In this document: positions 39,384-49,900 of the stretch, piece after piece
Numbering within the stretch: position 1 is the first letter of the stretch
How the letters are laid out: each line of letters opens with the position of its first letter
Assembly (NCBI GenBank): GCA_963721695.1
Contig: CAVRKU010000030.1
Span: 192,762-256,761 of the forward strand
Reading direction: 5' to 3'
Source: an uncultured Microthrixaceae bacterium
GTDB lineage: Bacteria; Actinomycetota; Acidimicrobiia; Acidimicrobiales; VFJN01
Length of the DNA: 64,000 nt
Notes under the pieces: model-generated
What the model was told of the DNA's origin: nothing
Seen by the model: only the letters and a program-made list of their open reading frames with translations
Database searches by the model: none
Translations under genes and position numbers: made by a program

Positions 39384-39972
39384 ATGGCCGAGCAGAACGA
39401 GATCGAGCAGGTCGTCCGCACCCGGCTGCGCAGCCTGCGCAACACCTTGGGCCTGTCGCTCGACGAGCTCGGCGCGCGCGCCAACCTCAGCCCGTCGACC
39501 ATCAGTCGGATCGAGACCGGCAAGCGGACGATCAGCCTCGACGTCCTGCTCCCGCTCGCCGATGCCCTGCAGATCGGCCTTGACGCGCTGCTCGACGTCC
39601 GGAGCGACGACGACGTGGTCATCCGCCCCGTGCCGAGCAGCGCGGGTGGGCGCACGACCTGGATGCTGAGCCAACCGACCGGCAACACGATCGCGATCAA
39701 GATGCGGCTCGAACCGACCCGACCGGATGCCTGAGCCACGCGTCCACCCGGGTCACGACTGGTTCTTCGTCACCGAAGGACGGGTGCGCTTGCTGCTCGG
39801 CGAGCGCGAGATCCTCGTCGAGGCGGGCGAAGCCGCCGAGTTCGCCACCATGACCCCGCACGCCTTCGCAGCGAGCGACGGCCCCGCTGAGCTCGTCATG
39901 ATCTTCGACCGCGACGGCCAGCGCGCTCACGTCCACCACGAGCCGCACGACGAGCGCGCCGCGGCCGACTAG
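39384..39972 (+). pseudogene. XRE-family HTH regulator with C-terminal cupin domain, one frame break near 39725
   Basis: The HTH segment is LGLSLDELGARANLSPSTISRIETGKR. The cupin part HPGHDWFFVTEGRVRLLLG...EAGEAAEF lies in the next frame. The break is net +1. Confidence 0.8.
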
Positions 39973-40052
39973 ATCGTCGAGGAACCGGTGGAGCTCGGCG
40001 AGGATCAGCGGTAGCGCTCAGGTCATGAGCCTGGGGCGAGAGGATCCTGGCC

Positions 40053-41146
40053 CTAGCGCGCGTAGTGCGCGCCCCCTCGTCCGGCGGACCGGGACCGCGA
40101 CTGGATCACGAGGACGCCTCCGCCCAGAAGGATCAGGACGAGCCCGGCAGCGGTCAGAGGAGCCAGCTCCAAACCGGTCCGCGGAAGGGCCTCAGCGGCC
40201 ACGGCCTGTGCGGCCACCTCGCGGGGACCCGACGTGGGCGCCGCGCTGGGCAGGGGTCCGCTGGAGGTCCCGGGATCGTCCGGCGGCTCCGTCGCCGGCG
40301 GACCAGCCGTCTCGCTTCCGACCACCGGGGTGCACGTGGGGTCGTCGGCGGCGAGCGTGCTGTCGTAGGGCAGGGGTCGGGCTCGGCGGGTGGGGTGCAG
40401 GCGGGGTCGTCGGCGGCGAGGGTGTTGTCGTAGGTGCAGGGGTCGGGTTCGGCGGGTGGGGTGCAGGCGGGGTCGTCGGCGGCGAGGGTGTTGTCGTAGG
40501 TGCAGGGGTCGGGTTCGACCGGTGGGGTGCAGGCGGGGTCGTCGGCGGCGAGGGTGTTGTCGTAGGTGCAGGGGTCGGGTTCGACGGGTGGGGTGCAGGC
40601 GGGGTCGTCGGCGGCGAGGGTGTTGTCGTAGGTGCAGGGGTCGGGTTCGACCGGTGGGGTGCAGGCGGGGTCGTCGGCGGCGAGGGTGTTGTCGTAGGTG
40701 CAGGGGTCGGGTTCGACCGGTGGGGTGCAGGCGGGGTCGTCGGCGGCCAGCGCGCTGTCGTAGGTGCACGGCTCGGGTGCCACCGGCGCCGCGCAGCCCG
40801 CGGCATGGATGGCCTGGCCCGCGGCGGTCCAGTTGAGCCCGGAGTGCTCGCCCATCGGCGGGATGATGTCGCCCCACCCACTGTTCGAGCTCGGGTTCGT
40901 GAAGTCGAACACGCCGCCCGTGTGTCCGCCGTGGCCGTTGTTGCCGTAGACCGCGCTCTCATCCACCGACTGCTCCCGGTAGGGGTTGGAGGTGGCGCTG
41001 GTCGCGTGGCAGATGGTCACGTCCGCCGACGGCGCCGCGCCAGCCGGCTGGATCACCGCACCAGAGGCGGCGAGGACGAGCCCCGCCACGAGAGATGCAA
41101 CACCGGTCGCAGCGATCGCTCGCCGGTTGGCCCGCCTGGTCGTCAC
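40053..41146 (-). pseudogene. LPXTG-type sortase-anchored surface protein with seven 22-aa Cys-containing repeats, one frame break near 40369
   Basis: The GTG start at 41146 has AAGGAG 8 nt upstream. A signal peptide is present, and the N-terminal domain reads TICHATSATSNPY...WGDIIPP. The repeats read [22 protein letters not shown]. The C-terminal LPRTG, hydrophobic stretch and RSRSAGRGG tail are reachable only after a -1 shift in the last repeat. Confidence 0.8.
40322..40785. repeat. tandem repeat, period 66 bp, about 7 copies (the central 5 nearly identical)
   Basis: The unit cggcgggtggggtgcag recurs at 40384 and 40450, and further units follow in register. The array encodes the 22-aa protein repeat. 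Confidence 0.9.
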
Positions 41147-41409
41147 TTGAGGAGCTCCTTGGATGGTGGGGCGCCACCAGGCCCGCAAGCGCGAACCGGC
41201 AGCACGTGCTGACGTGCTGAAGGGCCGGGTTCGCTGTAGCTCCTCGCCGACAAAGCGACCAGTTCAGTCGGCGGATCAGTGCTTCCCTTCGGGGAGCGAG
41301 TATCCCGGTTGCGAGCGGCGCCCCGCATGAGTCGCACGGCCCAAAACGGACGGATCGTGCCGTCACCACCACTGTGGGCGTCTGGAGCGCCGACGGCAGG
41401 AACGGGAGC

Positions 41410-41935
41410 TCAGGTGTGCCTGAGCAGACCGGCCCGGAGCTCGATCTCAGCCAGCTCCTGGCGGGCTTCCTCCAGTGCGGACACCCGCTCGAGGAGGCGG
41501 GCCGGCCCGAAGCGGCTCGGCCGGGGAGGCCGGTTCACTCGACAGCGTGGCGAGCCGCCGGGCGACCACCTCGAGCTCCGAGACCCGGGTCGACAGGTCG
41601 CGACGCGCCGACCACCCCGCCCGGCGGGTCCGGGCGACGGCGATCACCCGTGGTTCGATCGCGACGGCCTCCGCGACGAGGTCGTCAGCCAGCGGCGCGA
41701 CTCCCGGGTCGAGGGTCGAGGCGAGCCGCGCCGATGCGGCGACGGTGCACAGTCGGCGGTGCAGCCGGGCCGGGGCGGTAGGCGAGATGATCCACACGGT
41801 CGGGGCCTTGGAAGGCACTCGAGGTGCGATGCGCAGACGACGCCGGAGCCGGTGCCGCACCCACGCCGCGGCGAGGACGCAGAGGACCCACACGACCAGA
41901 CCGGCGATCAGCAGCCCCTCGAGAACGGCGCGCAC
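41410..41935 (-). pseudogene. hypothetical N-terminally membrane-anchored protein, probable frame break near 41525
   Basis: The N-terminal TM segment is LLIAGLVVWVLCVLAAAW. The C-terminal helical text RLLERVSALEEARQELAEIELRAG lies in another frame and ends at the TGA at 41410-41412. Confidence 0.4.
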
Positions 41936-41944
41936 GAGGCAACG

Positions 41945-43360
41945 CTACTGCCGTTCGTCCCCAGGATGCGGCGCGGTGTGGGCGAGCTCGGTCATCCCGG
42001 CGAGCCCGCGCTCGACGACGTCAGCCAGGCGGGCGAAGGCCGCCTGCACCCCCGGATCGTCGCGCTGCGAGGGCTCGATGCGCGCCGGGTTCAACGAGCA
42101 GCCGTTCGTCCAGGCCGCGATGTCCTGCTCGGCGCCGTAGCTGCGCGTCGCCAGGGTCCCGTGCGCCTGCATCCACGCCCAGTCAGCGGCACGGTTGGGG
42201 AGGATGTTCGCCGGACACAGCCGATTGCGCTCTCGGTCGTCGTCGCGGGTCGCTTCCACGTACCCCGCCAGCGCCGCGTTGAAGCACGGAAAGCCCGCCC
42301 GGATCGTCTGGAGTCGGATCTTGTCCGGTTCCCAGATGGGAACCAAGGGTGGGTACGTCAGGCCGGAGGCGGCGCAGTGCACCACGAGCGAGTCCGGCGG
42401 CAGTGGAACGACACCGTCGTCGAGGACGATCTCGCGACCGGTGACGTGCTTGATGTGCCCGAGCCGAACGACGTGCTCGATGGTGCGGAGCAGGTCGAGC
42501 TCCCACGTGCCGAGGGTCGGGGTCTTGGCCATCGTGGGCGTGACGTCCCGATCGATCCGAAGCATGACGCCGGCCGCCTCCAGGCGCAGGAAGAGGTCGT
42601 CGAGCGACTCGGCGTCGGCGGCTGCGGTCATGGTGTCCGCCGCCAGCCCGAGCGCCACCACCGGATCGGGCTGCACGACGGCGCGGTTGAGCATCCAGGG
42701 GTCACGGGGCCGCACCCACACGATCCGCTCAGGCTGCACCCCGTTCGCCAACAGCCACACGATCCCGTCCGTGGCGGTCTTGCCGGAGCCGACGATCACG
42801 TAGGTGCTCGGCACCGCGGGCAGCCGGGCGAGGTCGTTGATGGCGATGACCCGTGCGTCGACGGCAACCCCGAACGGCGCAGGGGTCGTCGCGGGGATGG
42901 TCGGCGCGAGGTAGGTGGCGTCCACGACCCGGCGTCGCACGTCGACCTCCAGGGTCTCTCCCGACACCAGTGACGTCACGAGATGGGACGCGTCGAGAGC
43001 CTGGTACTCGCTGGTCGGGAGGAAGGTGACGCGGCCCGACCCCAGGAAGCGCCGATGCAGGATGTCGTCGTAGTACGCCCGGATCTCCGGTTGACGGGCC
43101 CGTTCCTGGAGGCCCGCCTCCGGGCCGGACTCCTGGATCGTGCCGTGACCGAGCACGGTCGACGCGACGCCGTAGAACACCGACGCCTGATGGAGCTGGA
43201 CGAAGGGATACGCGTCTTGCCAGTGCCCGCCGGCTGCGTGGCGACGGTCGACGAGCGTGACGTGGACGTCCGCATGATCGACCAAGGCGTCCGTGAACGC
43301 CATGCCCATGGCACCTGCACCGACGACCAGGTAGTCGGTCTCGATCGATCGGGTGACCAT
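41945..43360 (-). CDS. FAD/NAD(P)-binding oxidoreductase (flavin monooxygenase-like), intact
   Basis: The dinucleotide-binding motif is DYLVVGAGAMGMAF, and a second one is YVIVGSGKTATD. The protein is 471 aa. Confidence 0.75.
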   Translation of the reverse strand: MVTRSIETDYLVVGAGAMGMAFTDALVDHADVHVTLVDRRHAAGGHWQDAYPFVQLHQASVFYGVASTVLGHGTIQESGPEAGLQERARQPEIRAYYDDILHRRFLGSGRVTFLPTSEYQALDASHLVTSLVSGETLEVDVRRRVVDATYLAPTIPATTPAPFGVAVDARVIAINDLARLPAVPSTYVIVGSGKTATDGIVWLLANGVQPERIVWVRPRDPWMLNRAVVQPDPVVALGLAADTMTAAADAESLDDLFLRLEAAGVMLRIDRDVTPTMAKTPTLGTWELDLLRTIEHVVRLGHIKHVTGREIVLDDGVVPLPPDSLVVHCAASGLTYPPLVPIWEPDKIRLQTIRAGFPCFNAALAGYVEATRDDDRERNRLCPANILPNRAADWAWMQAHGTLATRSYGAEQDIAAWTNGCSLNPARIEPSQRDDPGVQAAFARLADVVERGLAGMTELAHTAPHPGDERQ

Positions 43361-43476
43361 GGTGCTCGGCCTCCAGCCCGCCTCGACGAGGGTCGAGCGG
43401 TCGATGGATCTTACGGCTCAGTCAGCGCCTCGCACCGGCGACCCGAGCTGGCCGAGGTCGAACCTAGGATCGCGCG

Positions 43477-43936
43477 GTGCCACGTAGGGACCAGGCGTCG
43501 CGGGTGATCGCGTCGCCGCTCGAGCGGGTCTACGCCGCCCTCGTCGATCCCGAGGCGCTGGTGGCCTGGCTGCCTCCGGACGGGATGCGTGGCCGGTTCG
43601 AGCGCTTCGACGCCAGGCCCGGCGGGTCCTACCGGATGGTCCTGACCTACGCCGACGCATCGGCCGCTCCGGGCAAGGCCACCCCGGACTCCGACATCGT
43701 CGAAGGCCGGTTCGTCGAGATCGTGCCCGGTGCGCGGGTGGTGCAATCGGTGGACTTCGTCTCCGACGACCCCGCCTACGCCGGCACCATGACCATGACC
43801 TGGGAGGTCACCGCGGTCGATGGGGGGACGCGCGTCGACATCCGAGCTGACGATGTCCCGGACGGGATCTCCGCGGACGACCACGCGGCCGGACTCGCCT
43901 CGTCGTCTGGCGAACCTCGCCGCCCACCTCGAGTAG
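43477..43936 (+). pseudogene. SRPBCC / AHSA1-like domain protein, frame break near 43904 close to the C-terminus
   Basis: The sequence reads SRVIASPLERVYAALVDPEALVAWLPP...GGSYRMVL...MTWEV. After an extra T, the natural-looking end GLASSLANLAAHLE-stop lies in the next frame. Confidence 0.7.
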
Positions 43937-43983
43937 CGCGGCGGGCGATCCGGGGTGTCACACGCCGGACGTAGGGTGACCCT

Positions 43984-46900
43984 GTGTCCGCCCCGACGCA
44001 GGAACCGCTGTTCGATCCCCTCGAGCTGGGGGGCGTCACCGTCGACACCACGCTCCTGCCCTCGGTCGAGCTGCATCCGGCCGTCGCGGCCTGGTTCCGG
44101 GAGCGGTTCCCGGAGGGGCCGACCCCAGCGCAGGAAGCGGCCTGGCCGCCGATCGCGGCGGGGAGCACACCCTGGTCGCCGCCCCGACGGGGTCCGGCAA
44201 GACGCTGGCCGGCTTCCTCATGGCCATCAACCGCCTGTACCTCGCCTACGCGCGCGGCCAACCGGTCAGCGGCACGAGGGTCGTCTACGTCTCGCCGTTG
44301 AAGGCCCTGGCGGTCGACATCGCGGAGAACCTCGAACGGCCGCTCGCCGAGATCAGCGCCAAGGCGAGACAGCTCGGCCTGGCCGCGCCCGATCTGTCGG
44401 TCGGGGTCCGCACGGGCGACACCACCGCCAGCGAGCGGGCGGCGATGGTCCGGAGCCCGCGCACCTTCGTCGTCACCACGCCCGAGTCGCTCTACCTCCT
44501 CGTCACCGCGACGAAGAGCCGCGCCACGCTCGACACCGTCGAGACCGTCATCGTGGACGAGATCCACGCGCTGGCTCGGGACAAGCGGGGGAGCCATCTC
44601 TGCCTCACGCTCGAACGGCTCGCCCACGTCTGCGCCGTACCGCCGGCCCGCGTGGGCCTGTCGGCGACGCAGAAGCCGATCGAGGTCGTCGCGGCGCTGC
44701 TCGTCGGCGCCCGTACGGATCCTGACGGCCGGCCGGATTGCACGATCATCGACACGGGCCACCGGCGCGCGCTCGACGTCGTCCCTCGAGCTTCCCGACG
44801 GCGAGCTCGAGGCGATGGCATCGGCGGCGCAGATGGACAACGTGCTCGATCGGATCGCCGAGCACGTCACCGGTCACCGCACCACCATCGTGTTCGTCAA
44901 CACCCGCCGGCTCGCGGAGCGGCTGGCCCACGAGCTGGGGGAGCGGCTCGGCGACGACGTGGTCGCCGCCCACCACGGGAGCCTCTCGAAGGACCGCCGA
45001 CTGCGCGTCGAGACTCGGCTCCGAGCGGGGGAGCTGAAGGCGTTGGTCGCCACCGCGTCGCTGGAGCTGGGGATCGACATCGGTCCGGTGGAGCTCGTGT
45101 GCCAGATCGGCTCCCCCCGATCGATCGCAACGTTCCTCCAGCGCGTCGGTCGGTCCAACCACACCCGCACCGGCACGCCGAGGGGCCGCCTCTACCCGCT
45201 CACCCGCGACGAGCTCGTCGAGTGCACGGGGCTCCTGGCGGCCGTGCGGGCGGGGCGACTCGACGCCCTCGAGGTCCCCGTGGCCCCGCTCGACATCCTC
45301 GCCCAGCAGATCATCGCCGAGACCGCCGCCCAGGAGTGGAAGGTCGACGACCTCTACGCCCTCGTCACCACCGCCCATCCGTACCGCACCCTCACCCGGG
45401 AGGTGTTCGACGAGGTGCTGGACCTCGTGAGCAACGGCATCGAGACCGGCCGGGGAACCCGAGCCGCCTACGTCCACCACGACCGGGTCAACGGTGAGCT
45501 GCGGGGCCGCAAGGGGGCGCGCCTCGCCTCCCTCACCAGCGGTGGCGCCATCCCCGAGCTCGGCGACTTCCGCGTGATCGCCGAGCCCGACGAGACGTTG
45601 ATCGGCAGCGTCAACGAGGACTGGGCCACGGAGTCGATGGCCGGCGACGTGTTCATCCTCGGGACGCACCACTGGCAGATCCGGCAGGTCACCGGCGGCG
45701 AGGTCCGGGTGGTCGACGCGGGCGACAAGCACCCGACGATCCCCTTCTGGCGCGGCGAAGCCCCCGCCCGCACGATGGAGCTGAGCGAGGAGGTCGCCCG
45801 CATCCGGTCCGTGGTGGACCGGGGAGTGGTCGACGACGACCTGGCCCGATCGGTCGACGAGATCGTCGAGCTGGCTGGGGTCGAGCGCGACGCGGCCGCC
45901 ACCATCGTCACCTACCTGGCGGCGGCTCGGGCCGTCCTCGGCGTCATGCCCACCCAGGACGACCTGGTGATCGAGCGGTTCTTCGACGAGTCGGGCGGGA
46001 TGCAGCTCGTGGTGCACTCGCCCTACGGCGGCCGGCTCAACCGGGCGATGGGGTACGCGCTGCGGAAGAAGTTCTGCGCCGGGTTCAACTTCGAGCTCCA
46101 GGCGAGCGCCAACGACGATGCGATCGTCATCTCCCTCGGGCCCCACCACAGCTTCCCGTTGGCCGACGTGCCCCGCTTCCTCACCTCGGGCTCGATCCGG
46201 GCCACGCTGCAGCAGGCCATCCTCGACCAGCCGGTCTTCCAGAGCCGCTGGCGGTGGAACCTGAACCGGGGCCTCGTCGTGCTGCGCTTCCGTGGCGGGC
46301 GGAAGGTACCGCCGCCGTTCCAGCGGATGCAGAGCGACGACCTGCTCGCCGTCGTGTTCCCCGGCGCCGCCGCGTGCCAGGAGAACGTCACGGGCCCCAT
46401 CGAGGTGCCCGACACCCCACTGCCTCGGCAGGCCGTGCACGACTGCCTCACCGAAGCGCTCGACTGCGACGGCCTCATCGAGCTGTGGCGGCGGGTCGAG
46501 GCCGGCGAGGTGCGCTTCCACTTCGTCGACTCCACCGAGCCGTCCCTGCTCGCCCATGAGATCCTCAATGCCGCGCCGTACGCGTTCCTCGACGACGGTG
46601 AGGCCATCGACCGGCGCTCGCGCACCGTGCCGTTGCGGCGGGGCCTCCCGCTGGCGATCCACGAGATGGGCCGGGTCACCCAGGAGGCCATCGATCGGGT
46701 CCGGGCGGAGATCGAGCCGGCGCCCACCACCCCCGACGAGCTCCACGATCTCCTGAGCACGCTCCTGCTGAGTCCCTGCCCGCCGGAGTGGGCCGAGCTC
46801 CTCGATGCCCTCCAGGCCCGTGGCCGGGTGGCGTCGATCGTCGGCGACGACGGCTCGCCGCGTTGGCACACCGTCGAGGCGACGGCTGCGGTGCGAGCGC

Positions 46901-48225
46901 TCGTCGAGGGTGTGGACGTCGACGGGAGCACCGCCGAGCAGGCGGCAGCCCAGGTGCTGCGCGGGCACCTGGAGGTGGCCTCTCCGCTGACGCACGGAGC
47001 GCTGGTCGGGCGCACCGGCCTCCCATCGGGCCGTGTCACCGTCGCTCTTGCCACCCTCGAGGCGGAGGGCTTCGCCATCCAGGGGCGCTTCAGCGAGCGG
47101 GCGGTCGACGCCGGAGACGACCCGGCCTCGGTCGAGTGGTCGAGCCGTCGCCTCCTCACCCGCATCCACGCCTACTCGCGCGCCCAGCGACGCCGGCGGG
47201 TCGAACCGATCACCGCCGAGCAGCTCATGCGCTTCCTGGCGCAGTGGCAGCACGTCACCGGCGCGACCCAGCACCGTGGCGTCGAGGGGGTGGCACGGGT
47301 CATCGGGCAGCTGCAGGGCTACGAGACCGCGGTCGGGGCCTGGGAGTCAGAGGTCCTGGCCCGCCGAGTGCGCGACTACGAGCCCGCCTGGCTCGACCGC
47401 CTCTGCCACCAGGGGGAGGTCACGTGGCTGCGGCTCCGACCCCCGTCGCCGGACGATCCGGATCGACGCCTCGCGGGCGCCACCCGCACCACCCCGGTGT
47501 CGCTCGTGCTCCGCGCCGACCTGCCGTGGCTGCTCGCGGCGCACCGCGGCGAGACGTCTCCGCCGGTGCCGGCCTGCGGGGCGGTGGCCGAGGTGGTCGA
47601 GGTGCTCACGGACAAGGGTGCGTGCTTCGCCAGCGAGCTGGCGCGAGCCACCGGCCGCGTCCTGGCGGACGTGGAGGCCGCGCTGTGGGAGGGCATGGCG
47701 CGCGGCTTGCTGGTCTCGGACGGGTTCGAGCCCGTACGGGCCATCGCCTCGGGTCGCCGGCATGCGTCGTCCAGCGCACCCCGACGAGCCCGGTTGCGGT
47801 CCGGCGGCTTGCGAGCCACGGAGACGGCGGGGAGGTGGTCCCTCGTGCCCGCCGCGGCGACCGACATCGATCGGGAGGAGCTGGCTGAGGCGCTGGCGGA
47901 CCAGCTCCTGGAGCGATGGGGTGTCGTGTTCTACGACCTCGTGGCCGCCGAACATCCGGCCGTGCGCTGGCGAGACCTCCAGTGGGCGCTGCGCCGCATG
48001 GAGGACCGTGGGCTGGTCGCCGGCGGCCGGTTCGTGCGGGGCTTCACCGGCGAGCAGTTCGCGCTGCCGCAGGCGGCCGAGGCCCTGCAGGCCATCCGCC
48101 GTGCCGACCCGACGGGGCGCAGCGTGCGCCTGTCCGGCACCGATCCGCTCAACCTCACGGGCGTGGTGCTCCCCGGCGAGCGGGTCCCGGCCCGTTCCAC
48201 CGAGTGGGTCGACCTACCGGTCTGA
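43984..48225 (+). pseudogene. lhr: Lhr-family ATP-dependent DEAD/DEAH-box helicase (about 1400 aa), two frame breaks in the N-terminal motor domain
   Basis: Motor-domain motifs are TPAQEAAWPPIAAG / (T)LVAAPTGSGKTLAGF, VIVDEIHAL and GLSATQ. The 3.4-kb segment 44815-48225 is intact and contains VAAHHGSLSKDRR and ATASLELGIDIG. Breaks lie near 44165 (-1) and 44790 (+1). Confidence 0.9.
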
Positions 48226-48261
48226 TCGATCGTGGTGCGAGCGGGGCCCCACCAGGCGGAC

Positions 48262-48277
48262 GAGCGGGGCCCCGCTC
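48262..48277 (+). terminator. perfect 16-nt GC palindrome GAGCGGGGCCCCGCTC 37 nt after the lhr stop, followed by a second GCCCGGG/CCCGGGC hairpin
   Basis: I read the palindrome directly. No U-tract follows. Confidence 0.4.
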
Positions 48278-48599
48278 TGGGCCCGGGTCCCCCGGGCATT
48301 CGGGGATCAACCGGGCTTGAAGCCAACGATAGGCCTGTCCCGCCGGAGGCGCAGCCCGTTCGCGATGGATCGGAGAGGGTTCGTTCGGCCCATCAATCGG
48401 GACGCGTCGTCGCGCCGATGGGGTGGTGGGTCCCCTGCCTCCCACCCATCAGGCGGACGGGGCAGGGGGCCCGCCAGCACGCGGTCATGGCCGAGGGTCG
48501 GCCTTGACAGGTAGCAGACCGAGGGTCACGTTGGAACGTGGGCTCCTGGTTCGGGGGGAAACATGCGAAACCTGCAACGGTTCGGTGTCCTGACCCTGC

Positions 48600-49082
48600 A
48601 TGATCATCGGATCGACGATGGCTGGATCGGCTCCCGCAGGCGCGGCGTCGAACCAGATCTCGGGGGTCGGGGTCTTTGACTTCACGGGTAGCGAGTGCTC
48701 CGGCCCTCCTGCGGGGTTCGCCGACTTCGTGAGCTATCCGCCGATCGTGTTGACCGGCAGCCTCGAAGGCTGCTGGTACACCAAGGTCGACACCTTCAAG
48801 GACAACGGGGCACCGAGCGGTGTCTACCTCGAGACCGGGCGAGAGGTCTTCGTCGGCAGCCTCAACGGGGGACCGGCCGGTGTGTTCACCACGACCTACA
48901 AGTTCGAGTCCAAGTGGGATCCGGACGTCTCCACCGGCCCAGAGGTTCGTGGGCGCTGCCAGCACCCCATCGTGACGGGCAGCGGAACGGGCGGCTTCGC
49001 CGGTGCCACCGGGCGCCTCGACTTCAAGGACATCGTGACGGACGGAAGCTACGTCTATCGAGGGCACATCAAGAGTCCGTGA
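48600..49082 (+). CDS. hypothetical, probably secreted, beta-barrel protein with a dirigent / allene-oxide-cyclase-like C-terminal motif; start uncertain
   Basis: The motif HPIVTGSGTGGFAGATGRLDF resembles the TGG(S/T)G-F-GA-G motif of the AOC/dirigent barrel family. An upstream ATG at 48563 in another frame encodes MRNLQRFGVLTL, which could be the true signal-peptide start if an indel is present. Confidence 0.45.
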   Translation: MIIGSTMAGSAPAGAASNQISGVGVFDFTGSECSGPPAGFADFVSYPPIVLTGSLEGCWYTKVDTFKDNGAPSGVYLETGREVFVGSLNGGPAGVFTTTYKFESKWDPDVSTGPEVRGRCQHPIVTGSGTGGFAGATGRLDFKDIVTDGSYVYRGHIKSP

Positions 49083-49896
49083 CCTGCAGGAGCATCTCCT
49101 GGGCCATGGACGCCACGATCGAACCCTGAGCGTTCCGGATCACACCGCGCAGGGTGCCACGGCCGCCGGCGTTGATCAGCGCCTGCACGTCCTGGAGGAG
49201 CCACTCGTCGACCCGGGCGGGCCGGTGGAACCACGCCGCGTGATCGAGGCTGATCATGCCCGTGGTGTCACCCTCCAGGTGGAGGGGCCGTCCACCGATC
49301 CCGGTCCAATCGGTCGCGTAGCCGAGCAGCGCGCTGTGCACGCGCGGGTCGTCGTCGAGCGCTCGGGGCATCCGGAACCAATGGCGGTGCGTCGCCTCCC
49401 GCGTGCCGTCGGGTCGCACGGCGGTGGGCCCGATCCAACGCGTGTCCCACGGTCCGACGAAGTCGGGGTCGTCAGCGGGTTCCGGCAAGTCCTCGGGCAG
49501 AGGCACATCGTCGGGGATCCCTGAGACGTTGTACTCGTACCCGTCGGTGTCGGCCGTGAACGAACAGGTCATGACGATGACCGGCTTCCCGTCTTGTGAC
49601 GCGGTCACTCGGTGCAGGTTGAACGTCCGGCCGGCCTTCACCACCTCCCGCCCGAAGACGATCTCGCGCCCGCCGAGCACCGGTCGGAGGAAGTGAGCGT
49701 GCAGCGAGTGGAGCCGACCGTCCGCCGGAGCGTCGCTGCATGCCGCGCTGATCGTGAGGGCCAGCCCGATGCCACCGAAGACAACCGGGCCGAACCAGTC
49801 GGGCGTCTGTCCGACCCACTCGTCGCCGCGCCGCTCGTGCTGGAGCAGATCCAGGAACTCGTCGATCGCAGCCTGCTGCTGCTCGGCCCGATCCAT
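49069..49896 (-). CDS. acyl-CoA thioesterase II (TesB-like, double hot-dog)
   Basis: The sequence reads FGGIGLALTISAA...LHSLHAHFLRP...GRTFNLHRV...DHAAWFHRP. The start at 49896 lies 4 nt after the hydratase stop. Confidence 0.85.
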   Translation of the reverse strand: MDRAEQQQAAIDEFLDLLQHERRGDEWVGQTPDWFGPVVFGGIGLALTISAACSDAPADGRLHSLHAHFLRPVLGGREIVFGREVVKAGRTFNLHRVTASQDGKPVIVMTCSFTADTDGYEYNVSGIPDDVPLPEDLPEPADDPDFVGPWDTRWIGPTAVRPDGTREATHRHWFRMPRALDDDPRVHSALLGYATDWTGIGGRPLHLEGDTTGMISLDHAAWFHRPARVDEWLLQDVQALINAGGRGTLRGVIRNAQGSIVASMAQEMLLQVTDS

Positions 49897-49900
49897 CGCG

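Noticed and set aside
40322-40785. The regular 66-bp repeats could have been a CRISPR array
   Set aside because: The units are contiguous with no unique spacers. They lie inside an ORF and translate into a coherent 22-aa protein repeat. No cas genes are present in the window.
44746-47274. An 842-aa minus-strand ORF, and other long alternative-frame ORFs (46788-47888, 47033-48514), inside lhr
   Set aside because: They are antisense or off-frame to an uninterrupted, motif-rich 1136-aa Lhr segment. Their composition is Arg/Gly/Pro-biased.
48226-48599. A 375-bp GC-rich intergenic region with several hairpins and a TTGACA-like hexamer at about 48503, considered as a riboswitch or sRNA
   Set aside because: I could not match any known riboswitch consensus. 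The candidate -10 element is poor. The apparent gap may simply reflect a mis-framed 5-prime end of the downstream gene.
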